Below are positions 21,497-33,202 of a stretch of DNA of 64,000 bases, piece after piece; within the stretch, counting starts at the first letter, position 1; each line of letters opens with the position of its first letter. Both the position numbers and the translations under genes were made by a program. Source of the DNA: Klebsormidium nitens (Eukaryota; Plantae; Klebsormidiophyceae); assembly GCA_000708835.1 (NCBI GenBank), contig DF237108.1, positions 100,668 to 164,667 on the forward strand, in the 5' to 3' direction. The notes beneath the pieces were generated by a model. It did no database searches. It was not told the origin of the DNA and saw nothing but the letters and a program-made list of their open reading frames with translations.

Positions 21497-23847
21497 TTAC
21501 AAGATGCAGCAGCCCCCGCATCCGCCCTTCTTCGGCTCCTGCCCCTCTTTCGCTGCTGCGAGACAACAGGAGCAAATCAGGACATAGTACATATCAGATT
21601 CACAATTGTCCCTCAAGTTCGAATCAAGGCACGGGACGATGCCACTCGGTGGCTTGGAGGAGAATGGGACAGCCTGTACTCCTGTTGCTCTAAAAGCGAG
21701 CAGTCTGCAAATTTGCCCTTGCTCCTGAGTGACGTTTAAATCAGTGTTTCAGACCTTGCCAGCTCTCAACGAAACCTCGCCCGCCCTCGAACTCCGCTTG
21801 CCAGTGCAAGTTCTTAATCTGGATCGACTCATTCGTTGCCAGTGAGCACGTTCTACGTAGAAGTGGTGTGTATATACACAACATTATGGAACGGAAGACA
21901 AAAGAAGGACGGAAGAAAAAGCAGACAAACTTCCTTTCAAGAACCCTGTGCGCCTTCCTGCAGCACAGCGTGCTCTTAACAAGAAAGAGTGTTCGCGCAT
22001 ACAGCCTGTACCTTTATGGCGTCTCTGTACGTTTCCTACTAATCTTAAAACGACAGCCTTCACCATTCTGCTGTCTTTCAGCCAGTAATATAGTAAGCCG
22101 AAATTTAGTAAGCTAGTAATCTGCTCGCTCTGAGGGAGGCTCTGACTCTCTACTCGGTTGCTTGACACAGCATTGGAAACCCGCAAGTGGAACATTGACC
22201 CTTCCGCTGCTAAATACATACCATAAGCTCCTGTTAACCAGGTGGGCATCTCTGTAAACGGCCTGAAAACAATAATCGTCCAAAAGATCACACTCCTGGA
22301 TCCCCCGAAAAACTCCTTGAATCCGCTCACATGTCATTACGAGCGGAGAAGCTGAGAACAGGGGAAAATCATGACGGCTCACCAGCTTTTGGCTCCGCAA
22401 CCTGTGGCCGAATGACTACGTGCATAGTTATCAGATTCCCCGTCTCGGCAACCGGCACTCGAGACTCCCCCAGGGTCCGAGCGTTGTCGAGCACCTTGCC
22501 GGCGTGTATCAGCTTCACATCCTGTACGCTCTTGGGGCAGCCTTCTTTGCCTGCACAAACATTTCGGGGGGGGGTGACAATCCAACTCTTCAGCAGAAAA
22601 TCCGGGGGGGGGGGGGCGGCGACTGCCAAAACGCTAGTGTTGGGAAGGGTGCATGCTGCAAAAGTAGCCCCCTTTGCGGGTGCCAAACGATCAGTTCCGG
22701 AGGCACCGGCTGACAGCAGTCAAAAGGGGGCTGTGATTGCGATAGATGAGCCTTGTTTACTGCATTTTGTCACGGTTGTCTATGATCTCTCACAAATCTA
22801 GCAACTTGGCATCTGAGTAAGCCTACGGTCCCACACACTCAGTCAGGGAGTCAATGGCGAGGGGGATTTGTCTACAGACGGCTTTGAGGTGTTCTCCAAG
22901 AAAGTTGACAGAAGCCAAAATGATGGGAGCCAAGAAGATGCAAGAAGATGCCAGTTCCAGAAGGATCAAAATGCAGTCAGTGCGACACAGTCGGCCAATG
23001 CAGGGTCGAGCAACAGGACAGGAACAGATGGAAATGGAGGTTGAATCAAAATGAGGGAGGAAACCCCTTTACAAAACTTGCAGTCAGTTCAGGTGCAGCG
23101 GGGAGGAACACAGAAAGCCCTTTGAGCAGACAATGAGAGGGCTTGAAAGGATTGCAGTCAATTCAGGTGCAGCGGATATGAACACAGAAAGCGTTTTGAC
23201 CAGACGATGAGAGTACTTGAAAGCTGAAACTGGTTAGCAAAGCAGCAGCTATGCAAGAAGCCTCGCTTCAAGTGACCCCAGAGACACATTGTGGATGATC
23301 GAAAGATGACGGCTAGAAACTGCATCCTAAGTGTGCCTGATGCAAAAGTTGAAGGGAGCGCTAAGCAGATGCTCCTTTCAATGCTTCCGCTTGCTGTCAG
23401 CCTGTACGGCCAAACCTTGGAGTAAAGTTGACAGAATGATGCCGTTGATGATGTCAGCAATCCATGAAAATCACTTTCCCACTCGTTGCAGATTACGAGT
23501 AGAGACTCTTAATCTGATTCAAACACACCAGCTCTGCAAAACTCCCCCGTCCAACCAAGCCCCAACAGAACCCTAACATAAAGATCAGGGCTGATTGATG
23601 AATGTACAAGAGCTTGGCTTTTTCACCCCTCTGAAATTTCAACAGCCGGAACTCACAAAGCACCCTGTGCTAGCAGGACGACTCTTATCGGATGCACCGA
23701 CACAGAGAGGGGGTACACACCTTGCGGCCAGTTCTCAATGATAGCTTCCTTGAGAGCCTGCACCGTTTCGGACGACGAGTACTTATTTGGACCAATGTCA
23801 GACCCATCCGTCATCCGAAACTTCAGCTCCACGTCCCCCGACGCCAT
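21497..23847 (-). CDS. MUB: Membrane-anchored ubiquitin-fold protein (MUB) with C-terminal CaaX box, 3 exons
   Basis: Exon 23847-~23721 (MASGDVELKFRMTDGSDIGPNKYSSSETVQALKEAIIENWPQ), exon 22550-~22383 (GKEGCPKSVQDVKLIHAGKVLDNARTLGESRVP...ITMHVVIRP) and exon 21555-21497 (AKEGQEPKKGGCGGCCIL*). Phases are consistent. Confidence 0.93.
23076..23215. repeat. Two ~65-70 bp direct repeats in MUB intron 1
   Basis: ttgcagtcagttcaggtgcagcgg...aacacagaaagc...gcagacaatgaga versus ttgcagtcaattcaggtgcagcgg...aacacagaaagc...ccagacgatgaga. Confidence 0.7.
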
Positions 23848-24709
23848 GCCTGGGGCCCAAATAGACCCCTCTTTCTACTTGCTCTGGCGACAGGCTCCTG
23901 TTCACATAGGTGCTCCACCGCAACTAAGATAAGCTGTATTTCAGTGAAAGTGGTTCAGAAGAGGACCAAGCAGCTCAAAGCTTGATCAGGGATGTCTATT
24001 CAAGAACAAGCTTGTTGACTAAGAAATTACTTGCAAAGGCTGCCTCTTGGTGAAACCCTCGATGGGAAAGCATAACCGCTGCCTGTGCTGCAACTGCTGC
24101 TCACAATCTAACGTACATTATTGGGGTGCTGAAATCATCAAGAGCAACGAAATCTGGTTACATCGACAGAATCGCACTGCAACTTTGTCCCCTCAAACCT
24201 AGGCTCACAAACGGAATCTCTATGTCCTCCAATCCTCAACCATTGGATTGATGAAGTTGGAAGCATGACACTAAGACAGTCCCCAATCCAAAACTCCGCC
24301 GAGCTCTTTGCTTCCAACCGAACCACGGCAAGCGCAAAGTCTGCTGTTATAATCTCTTTTGCCTAGACAGAAGAACCCTATTAAGGCCCAAGCATATTCC
24401 TTCTGGCGCGCAACACGACGCGCAGACGTCCTTGTAGTTGGCCAGTTGATGCTCCAAAGACTGACGCTTGAACTCTTGATCAGGTCAAAGAAAGCTGCAG
24501 AGCGTCTTCATCATTCTTGAGTCATGACTGACGAGTCATGTTTATCAGAGACTTGAAAATTGAAATGCCCCTTTTCCGGCCCATTCCGCTCCGAAACACT
24601 TGCACAAGGCCAAAGTTCTGTCGACACATGTTCCGCCTTCCCCGGATCTGCATGGGAACATTAAAACAACTACCTACCGGGCGGACCGTAAGGGTGGCAG
24701 CCGGTGGCA

Positions 24710-24805
24710 GGGCCCACGGGCCATGGGCCCCGGCCGGGGGCTTGCCTGAATGGAGCACTCCCCCGTGCTCCTTACCAGCGGAGTTCCGCCGGACGTTTCC
24801 GGCGG
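24710..24805. promoter_or_regulatory. GC-rich hairpin cluster with GGGCCCAC/TGGGCC (TCP site-II-like) motifs in the MUB/RTF2 divergent intergenic region
   Basis: Perfect stems GGGCCCA-n7-TGGGCCC (24710-24730), GGAGCAC-n6-GTGCTCC (24752-24771) and CCGCCGGA-n4-TCCGGCGG (24786-24805), plus the palindrome CCCCGGCCGGGG (24728-24739). Function is inferred only. Confidence 0.35.
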
Positions 24806-25005
24806 GCATTTGAGAGGAAACCCCAATTTCAGCTTTTGAAGCGGGCGCAATTTATGCCAATGGAAAGCTCGGAAGGGTCTGGTTTTAGGGAAGACCTGTC
24901 TTGAGTTGGTGCGAAGGCCGCAAGTGCATATCTCGCTGCGAATTATAGAAGGCAAGGTTTATAGACGACAATCAGGACTTTGCTCAGAGAAAGCATTCTG
25001 TAGCT

Positions 25006-27843
25006 ATGCAACTCTTCGTGCAGGGCGGCGGTGCGCACGTTGTCGCTCTGACATGTACACCCAGCGACCTCATAGGCAGCTTAAAGGTGGCGGCGCTGGG
25101 TCCTGACGCCAGCGCTGGCATCAGGCTGGCACACGGAGGTGTGCACTTGCGCGAGGAGAATCGGGTTGAGGATTATCCCATCAGGAACTATGCAACCCTA
25201 CAGGTGCAGGTTCCATTCAGGGGGGGAGGGGGAGACGGGGGCGCCACGGGAGCAGAGTCGCGTTCTTGTTACCTGGAGATGTACATGGACAAAAAGCCGG
25301 ATAAGGTTGACCCGAACGAGGCGCGGGTTGCAAAGTGGACGCGGTGTAGGTTGTCGGGGGAATTGTTGAACGCGCCGTGTGCAATGGACATGCTTGGGAA
25401 CCTGTATAATAAGGAGGCAGTGGTTCATCACTTGGTGCTGAAGAAGATCCCAGCTTCTCTAAGCCACATCAAGAGCCTGAAGGTGAGCACTCAGGAGACG
25501 TGTTTTGTCCTTATCCAAGCTGGTTAAGTTGTCTTGTGGACTTGGTTAAGCTCTGACCAGATGATTTTAGGGTTTGTGAGCTCTTGCAGTTCTGCACTCC
25601 ATCTCCTTGGTACAGTTTGAAGACCTCGAATGAGCTCTGTCTCAAAAGAAGCGTGTGCGAATTGCTGAACTTAAGGCTTGGACTACAATTGCATTTCAAC
25701 ACCAGGTGCAACTTTCTTCCAAATCGCTGTTATTGAGCCCTCGTTTAAGGCGGTCGTCTACAAGAGCAACTCTGACATCTTACGGGAATTGCTTGTTCCT
25801 GGGCATGGAAAGAATGTTGGGGCAGTTGCTGAATGGTTGAGAACAGTGCGATTGCTGAGCTTTTATTGGGCCATCTCATCAGAGTTTGTGACTTTCTTTC
25901 TATTGTTTGTTTGTGTTGGGTATCTGGAAAGTCACTTTTCGCACGTTAGGGGCAGTCAATGACGCGAAGAAAGCTTTGGGAATCAAGGATTTCTTTGCAG
26001 GAGACTCTATTTTGGGCCGCTGCTCGAGTCAGAATCCACCGAAGTTGTGTGGTGATTCTGGACAGTAACCTCTTTGCGGCAGTTACTGGAAATTGACTTT
26101 CGTTGGTAGAATTTTCCTTCAATGCGAAGACAAGCAACGAGCATTTGAAGGCAGTTTTTGAAGATAGGGAATTGGAGACTCACGGGTCTTCGCTTTGGTA
26201 GACTCGTTCGCGCAATAAGCCCCTTTTTCGAAGTCAGAGCGCTGACCAAAGCCAGGGATTCTCCGCCTAACAGCAAATTAACAGTAGTGCACTTCTTAGA
26301 ATTATGTCCTCCTAGGTACCGAGAGTTTATGCAGGCAGTACGCTGGTTCGATTCGGATGAAGTACCGGGATCATTATTAGTTGGAGAGTTGTTTACTGAC
26401 CAGTCTCGCACTTTCCTCCCTCATCCGCAGGACATCTTCGAGATCCACCTGACAGAAAACCCCGCCGCCGATCAAAAGAGCGAAAGCGCAACCAACCGGT
26501 TCCAGTGCCCGATCACTGGGCAAGAGTTCAACGGCCTGAACCGCTTCTACGCACTCAAGTCGTGCGGCCATGTGCTGAGCGCCAGGGCTTTCAAGGAAGT
26601 GAAGTCGACGACGTGTCTGGTTTGTCATAAGGGGTTCGTGGAGGAAGACAAGGTGGTGATCAACGGGACGGAGGAGGAGGTGGCTGATTTGAAGAAAAAG
26701 ATGGAGCAGGCGCGGGCGCTGTCAAAGCAGGTGAGGGCCTTCTCTTTTCTGGTTTGACTGCGAGAGGAGATGATGTCAGCCTGATGTCAGCCTGATGTCA
26801 CCTGGTCCATGCCCAGCTGTACATTGGAAGAGCGAGGGATAGTCGGTCAAGGATCAGCTTAGTCAGTTTGAAGCAAACAGGTTCCTGATACCAACATTCG
26901 GACTCTATTCTGTTTCGTGTCCCGGGACTTCTCAAGCTCTGCACTTTGTCCCTTGGTCCACCTGAAACAAACGACTTTGGAGGATGTAGCCCTTATATCC
27001 CTGTAGCTTTGTCCTTTGATAGTTCAATAAATGCACAGAGGCGTTTGCTTGCAGTTGTTGCTCTTCGGGAAAAAATCTTGCTGGCAGTCTCGTTGATCCG
27101 ACCCACCCATTTCTGAAACCCAGACCTTTACGCCGAGTAAAGACGATCTACAGAATTTTGCATGTTCGGCCTAGATGAAATGCTGGCTTTTCTTCGTTCG
27201 ATGTTCGCCTCTCTCTGCACTCTCCTCAGCGATCGGTAGTTGTCTTCGCCTTTTACGGAGTAAAAGAAAGGCGCATGTGTCAGCGTTGCCTTGCCTTGCC
27301 GACATTGGTAGGCAAAGGAGGACAATAGGTTTAGCAAGATTTGACCAGGAACGCTGGCTTCCTCCCACCGGTAGTTCGCCTCTCTTTGCATCCTTCTGGG
27401 TAACATCCTTTACATGGCAAAGAGAACATGCACGCTTTTGCTCTGCGGAAACTGACCTACATCTGTACTTTTGGCAGGCGAAGAAGGACAAAAGGTCCAG
27501 CAAAGTAGCATCGGCAGCGCACGAGGACGGCCGCAGCATAAGCCCAGAAGAGAGCAGCGCTCCCTCCGAGGCTGCAGCGAATGGTGTAAAGCGAAAAGGG
27601 CCTCCGACGAATGGTAGCTTGCCAGCTGGCATGAGCGCACCTGCGGCAGCGGCTGCGGGTTTGGCGGTCAACCCCCGACCAAAGGGCTCCGATCTAGTTA
27701 GCCAAAGGAAAAGGTTCAAGGCAGTCGAGGAGCTAAAGCCGAAACATGCGGATCGATCGGTGTATGCTTCGATATTCACGTCGTCGAGTCGGGACGCTAA
27801 GGAGACGTATATGTGCAGGTCGTTGCCACTAGGGAGGAATTAA
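25006..27843 (+). CDS. RTF2: Replication termination factor 2 (Rtf2)-domain protein with N-terminal ubiquitin-like domain, 3 exons
   Basis: Exon 25006-25482 (UBL ending PFRGG, then GGDGGATGAESRSCYLEMY...KWTRCRLSGELL...GNLYNKEAV), exon 26431-26730 (FQCPITGQEFNGLNRFYALKSCGHVLS...CLVC) and exon 27478-27843 (...VYASIFTSSSRDAKETYMCRSLPLGRN*). All phase 0. Confidence 0.92.
26771..26803. repeat. 11-bp tandem repeat (tgatgtcagcc) x3 near the RTF2 exon-2 donor
   Basis: Direct reading: tgatgtcagcc tgatgtcagcc tgatgtcacc. Confidence 0.8.
27305..27510 (+). repeat. Single intronic echo of the RTF2 exon-3 acceptor
   Basis: ggtag|gcaaaggaggacaataggtttagcaa (27307) versus the real ggcag|gcgaagaaggacaaaaggtccagcaa (27473); about 25/31 identical by eye. 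Confidence 0.7.
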
Positions 27844-28054
27844 CGTGGGTTTGATTGAACTCGAAGGAACTTGACAGCATACCATTTGCAGGCGTTTAAA
27901 GGTAAAGGACGTGTGGTGTGGACGCAGCGCTCGCAACTTTCAAACTTGAGTTTTTTCTTGAGTCTGGCTTGTCTATTGTGCACAAGTCACGAGAGTCACA
28001 GTCATCGCCACTTATATCAAACGCATTAGTATGCCTACTAACAAGTTTACAATC

Positions 28055-28102
28055 ACTGAACTTTTTTAGGCCGGGCCGCCATGGCCGGCCTAAAAGTTCA
28101 GT
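28055..28102. repeat. Near-perfect inverted repeat (hairpin) between convergent genes
   Basis: actgaacttttttaggccgg - gccgccatgg - ccggcctaaaagttcagt; ~18-bp arms with a 2-nt bulge in the T run. Confidence 0.8.
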
Positions 28103-28635
28103 AATTGTACGTCAGTCTTCTCGGATGCATTAATCATTGACGCAACATGATGCATGGGTCATGCATACGAGACGCCGGCCGGACCGTACGGTGACAGGGC
28201 CGCCTGCGGAGCTAGCGGCAAGGCAAGTACGATCTTGCACAATGATACTATGCATGCGCGTCATTCTATATGGATCTCCCTAGCAAGCCAAGACGTCTAC
28301 GTTGATGTCGGAAGAAACCCTTCGCATGCAGATCTTCATATTGGTCGACTTCAGATTGAAGCCCGCCCGGGGCCGCTACTGAGTGCTTTTGGCCGCCCTA
28401 AGAGGAGAGACACTACCATTGAACTGTCATTTGAAGATGAATCAGACCTTGTAGAATCTGTGCGTTACAAAGCGCGCATGTCGATCGATGCTAGCGTTTG
28501 CGTTACAAAGCGCGCATGGCGAACTAATGCTGGCAAGCACTGCAATTTGCGGACTGAACCCAATTGCGTCGAGGGCTATTCACAATCTCACGACTCCTTA
28601 ACTTCCGCCTAATCCCCTCGCCTTAACTTCTACGG

Positions 28636-31600
28636 TTATGTCACCGCTACAGCTGTTCTCGAACCCTTTTCTCGTGGCGGCACGTGCAGCCAGGCCTTCA
28701 TGGCTTCGTAGACGGTGAAACCGATGGCCACGGAGGGGACCATCTGTAAAAGCAAAAGGTAAGGCTTTGAAGTTGCCGGGACGTTTCCGGAAGACGATAA
28801 TCAAGTATCGGCTTGAATATAGCAGGGCATGGGAACCAAAGAGGCTTGACGTCCCATAATCAAGTATTGAACTCGGTTTCGACTTCGCGCTAAGAACCTT
28901 GCGGTCTGACGGAAGCGGCGGAAGCGGCTAGAACGAAGCTCATGGGAACAAAAGTCCAAGTTTTGCGACGCAACGGAGCGATCTACAGCTCAATCGAATA
29001 TCCAAAGATATGGCTGATCGAGAGAAGTGCATATGCCCTGCGTCGATCTGGCAATCGTCTTACCCGTTCTGCCCAACGGGCCCTTGTTCCCTTAGTCAAA
29101 TCAGAATGGCTTGCTCTTCATCATGTTGGTCTTACAAACGCTGCTCGAGATACACCAAACTACTGTATACCGCGCTTTCGGGTACTTAAACTGCCCGAGA
29201 CTGCTGATTAAGGCACCCGTATACTTACTACTCTGGTCTGCACTGTCAGATCTTCGCAGCAGACTTGAGGCGGGCGGCATATAAACGAGGAAATCCAACC
29301 AGGACAACCAGGCGCTCCGGTCCCAAGCTTACTCCCATTCCCAACCTAAACCCACCGGGTGCTTAAACCGCTGCACGCTAATATTGCAAGAATGTGACTG
29401 GACGCACCTTAAGGTAGTTAATACTGAGCCCCGCGTACAGGTGTCGCCACCCCTGCTTCCGTACAATCGTCCGAAGCCCGTCCCACGTGTCTTTATACTG
29501 CTGAGCTGGCAGCCCGCTGGGGAGCCCCCGGGGCGCCACGTCAGCAGGCGCGCCTTGCACCTGGCGGTAGAGATGGGGTCTCGTTTTATGGCCCCTTCCC
29601 CCGCGTGCTCTTCTTCTCTGTTTGGACTTTTCCTTTGACCCTCTTTCCTTCTCAATCGACTTCGACTACAATTCCTCGATCACGCATCAAATCGATCACA
29701 AGTATAACGTCGATGCAATTTCCACAGCTTTGGAAAATCCTTTTAGCAAGACTCTTTTGACAACCGCACAGACATATCATGTTTCTCGTCTGCGATCCAA
29801 ACAAGCCCGAAAGATTTTGCTGTTGCGGAAGTTCGGCAAAGCAGCCAACTACCTGAGCATTCCCTGTCAGTTATAAAGTTCGCCTGACAATCATAGCCGA
29901 ATGGTACGTCTAGATTAAAGCATCTCATAGAATGTAAGGAAGTCGTTCGCGAAGAACATACTCAAGAAAGCGACTTGAAAACAGATCAAAGTCAACCAGA
30001 CACATGATCAGAAACTTAGGGGTACAAAGTGCCGTACCTGCATCTGACGTCGGACCACGTCCAATGGGTACGTCAGCGTTTGCCCGATGATCCCCGCAAC
30101 TCCGCCGCAGCCCAGCTTGGTAACTAGGCTGGGCTGCTCGTCCGTGGCGCGTACGATCGCGAGCTTCATCATCTCGTATATGTAGAACTTGAGGCCGGCG
30201 TATGGTAAGATGCCGTACAGAGTCGGACCTGCGAAGAAGGGAAACGAAAGGAGTCAAATCAAGTCGAAAGGAAAGGCAGTGGAATTGGTCAAAGTGCTTT
30301 TCGGAGGCGGTTGGCGTGCTCATAGTCTCATCGGGTCGGTATATGAAACGGGCCCCGTTAGAAGTAGGGGCTGCGGTTGAAGATGTCTCTTTAAACTTCT
30401 TTGTTCATGGCACTGGCGTATCACTTTCTGTTAGAAACAGTGACTTTGTTGGAATCGAGAAGCGAAGCAGCTGAATGACAAATTTGGAAATGGAGAGAAG
30501 CGCAATGCGCAAATCTGAGATGAGTGCGAGTCGCGGGACGACTCTGAGATCTTCGAGTAGCAACAATCGACTCTTTCGCGCTCGAAGCAAGGCAGATAAC
30601 GACTCTAGCATACCACTGATAGTACGTGTAGTCCTGGAACCGAGGGGTTCAAAGCTTTGCCGTTGAAAACCAACGGCATGCAGCCGGGAAAAATAGAAAA
30701 CAAACAGAAGCCTTGGAAGTCAGCAAAGAGACTCCTGCACGGACCATCAAGGACCCTTAGAGATTTCAGACCTCTGACTGCAAAGTCTTCTACGCTGTAC
30801 CGTAACGAAACAAATCAAGCTTTCAAGGGCCGGCTTTACCCACCGATCCCTTTGTACAAACCCCGCAGCCCGCCTTCCTTCTGCACGATCTCCAGAAACA
30901 CGCCCCGGATGTTGTCGACCGACGCTGCGCCCTTCGCGGCAGAGCCCGCGCTCGACGGCCCCGAAACCTGCGGACGTCCGAAAGAGGTCACGACCATGTC
31001 CGAAGGCGCGTTACAAGCGTTCTGAACAGCAAACGAAGCGTTCTGAGCCTCCGCAACGTTTCATATTGAACGGACAATCAGAGGTGCTATGGGCGGAGCA
31101 GCATCGCGGCATCGCGGATTACGGGAGCCGGACGAAGCGTCGGAAGCAATTCAACAGATCTGGAGACACTTGAAGAAGCGTCCGGAAGGTTGGAATGATG
31201 ACACGGCCGGCCTTTCATTTGGGAGTAGACTAGTTTCAAACACTCCCAAAAGCTACTGAGCAAAAGCACGGTCTTAGCGTCCAAGATCATTTTCGAACAA
31301 TTCCAGTCCGAAACTAGAAGCGGCCGTAGCAGTCTCACATGCCACGCGAGCCGCGTCCGTATGAGGTCCAGCGGGTACGTAAAATACACCGCCGTCGCCC
31401 CCGAAAGCGATCCGGCCACCAGATCGACGGGCGGAGAAGAGTGCCCGGTAGCTTCCACCAGCCACCGCCGATACTGCTCATACGTCATAAAGTGCAACGC
31501 AGCGTAAGGGACGACGCGCAGAACGGTGGCGCCGTTTCCTTTGAGGAACCCGAGGGGGCCCTCGGTGCGCCAGATGCGGCGGAGGGATCCCCCGACGCCG

Positions 31601-32656
31601 GCGCGGGCAAAGTCGCCCAGGTTGGTCTGAACAGAGGGTTGAGGATGCAAATCAGCAAGCAGTAAGGTAAGTAAGCTTAAATTGTGGTTATCAAGAAAAA
31701 GTTGGATGTGTGGAATCGCCGGATGCGGTAGACTAAGTAAATCTCTGTCACAACCACCAGCTACTCAAAGCCAAGCAGATAATAGAGACACTCAGATCCT
31801 ATGGGTCCTCTTCTACCTCCTCAAACGGGCCCTTTTCGATCAAATTACTGACTGTTGAACCCTCCGTGCAGAACCAGAGATTAATCCATGGGCCAAAGTG
31901 GCTTGCCTGGAAAAGGATCTTGACCCGCTCCAGGGGGGCCACTGCGGTCTTGGCCACAGCCCCCGCGACGCCCCCCGCAATCATCTCCTTTGCAAAGGTC
32001 GGCAAGTGCTCATGCAACTGCCACTGCTTCTGTGCTTCACTCGCTCTTTGCAGCTCAGAAGCACCTGTGACTGCGGACAGATTTGACACCCCCAGCCCTT
32101 TTGGGACGTCCGGAAAAGTCCCCAACTCTAGTTTGGCTGGGCTGCTGGGTGTGGAGGAAATCAATAGCAGCTGAGGAAAAGCGAATGCTGGATTGAATTG
32201 TTTTGGAGAGAAACTTGTCCTTACATTTTCTCTATGGTCAGCATCGCTGTTACTTTCGGTGGAGCAGAAAGTTTGGAAGCGATGATGGTTCCCAGTGTCA
32301 GGCGTTGAGCGGGTGGGAAAGCGTTTTACGCTTTGACACCGAGTGGAGCCTACAGAAGGGGCCTGATCAAACCCTTTGTTGAAAGTGTCAGTGTTTTTCA
32401 TCTGGTGCTCCAAACTAGACTGAGGGCCACCTCGCAAAGTCTCTTCACGGCCGCCCCGCAACAATAGCCTGTTTTGCCTGTTTGATTGATCCTCTTGTGG
32501 ACCTGATTCTAACGCCCGCTTATCTTTCCCAGCTTGGCTCCTCGCTGAGCTGGCATTGTTTGCTGACGGACTGCTGACATCATCTTGCAACTGCGGCGCA
32601 CAGGAAGGCGAGACGGAGGGGGCGTCCCAGCAGGGGAAGGGAGCATCTGGCTTCAT
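28636..32656 (-). CDS. Mitochondrial carrier (SLC25), CoA transporter-like (CoAc/SLC25A16/A42-like), >=6 exons
   Basis: Exons 32656-31907 (…[27 protein letters not shown]), 31626-31339 ([31 protein letters not shown]...[14 protein letters not shown]), 31021-30844, 30228-30038 ([18 protein letters not shown]...[12 protein letters not shown]), 29560-29408 ([11 protein letters not shown]) and 28743-28636 ([25 protein letters not shown]). Three PX[D/E]XX[K/R] repeats. An extra 5' exon near 33016-32880 is possible. Confidence 0.92.
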
Positions 32657-33202
32657 GCTGCTTGATCAACCTTGCCCAATTGGTGGAAATGGGAACAGGA
32701 AGCTCCACCCCTGGGAATGCTTGACACACTAGTGCGCACCTTCCTCCTCTCTTGGTTGCTTATCGAAGTAGAATTCTGATCAATCCGCAGCTGCTGGCAC
32801 TGCACGTCCTCAGGAAGACGCTCGTTCACGAGCACAGAGAGCACAAAATACATTCGCAGCTCTGTTGGTATATACTGCCGTGACCAAGGCGTTGGACGAA
32901 ACGTCACAGCCTGGAAGTCGACACTGGGAGCAACTCATGCGGAATACACTCGGCCGCATGCTTCTTGTCGAATGCAAGTGCTTTGCCGGTTCTTCATGAC
33001 TGCTCCCGGAAGACAAAATGTTTGCAAGCTAGAATTTGCGATTACAAAATTGCTTTATCTACTTAGAACGACCCACTTTCACGAGTTGCTTCCTTTTGCT
33101 GTCACTGTCAGATCTCTGGACAGAAAACTGTGAAGGGCGCCCCCTTGACTCTGACTCTGAGAATCAAGGACGCTTTCTTTCCGGAAAAGAATCTGGGATA
33201 AA

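Noticed and set aside
22565-22616. G/C homopolymer runs as a G-quadruplex
   Set aside because: The runs are C on the transcribed sense strand of an intron and there are only two tracts; insufficient support.
23400-23470. Possible very old donor-side echo of MUB exon 1
   Set aside because: Only patchy similarity (tactc...caggct...aagc...cattga), which cannot be distinguished from chance without an alignment statistic.
25678-25962. Coding-looking ORF (QIAVIEPSFKAVVYKSNSDILRELL) within RTF2 intron 1
   Set aside because: Its acceptor phase (1) is incompatible with the phase-0 RTF2 junctions, and I recognised no family.
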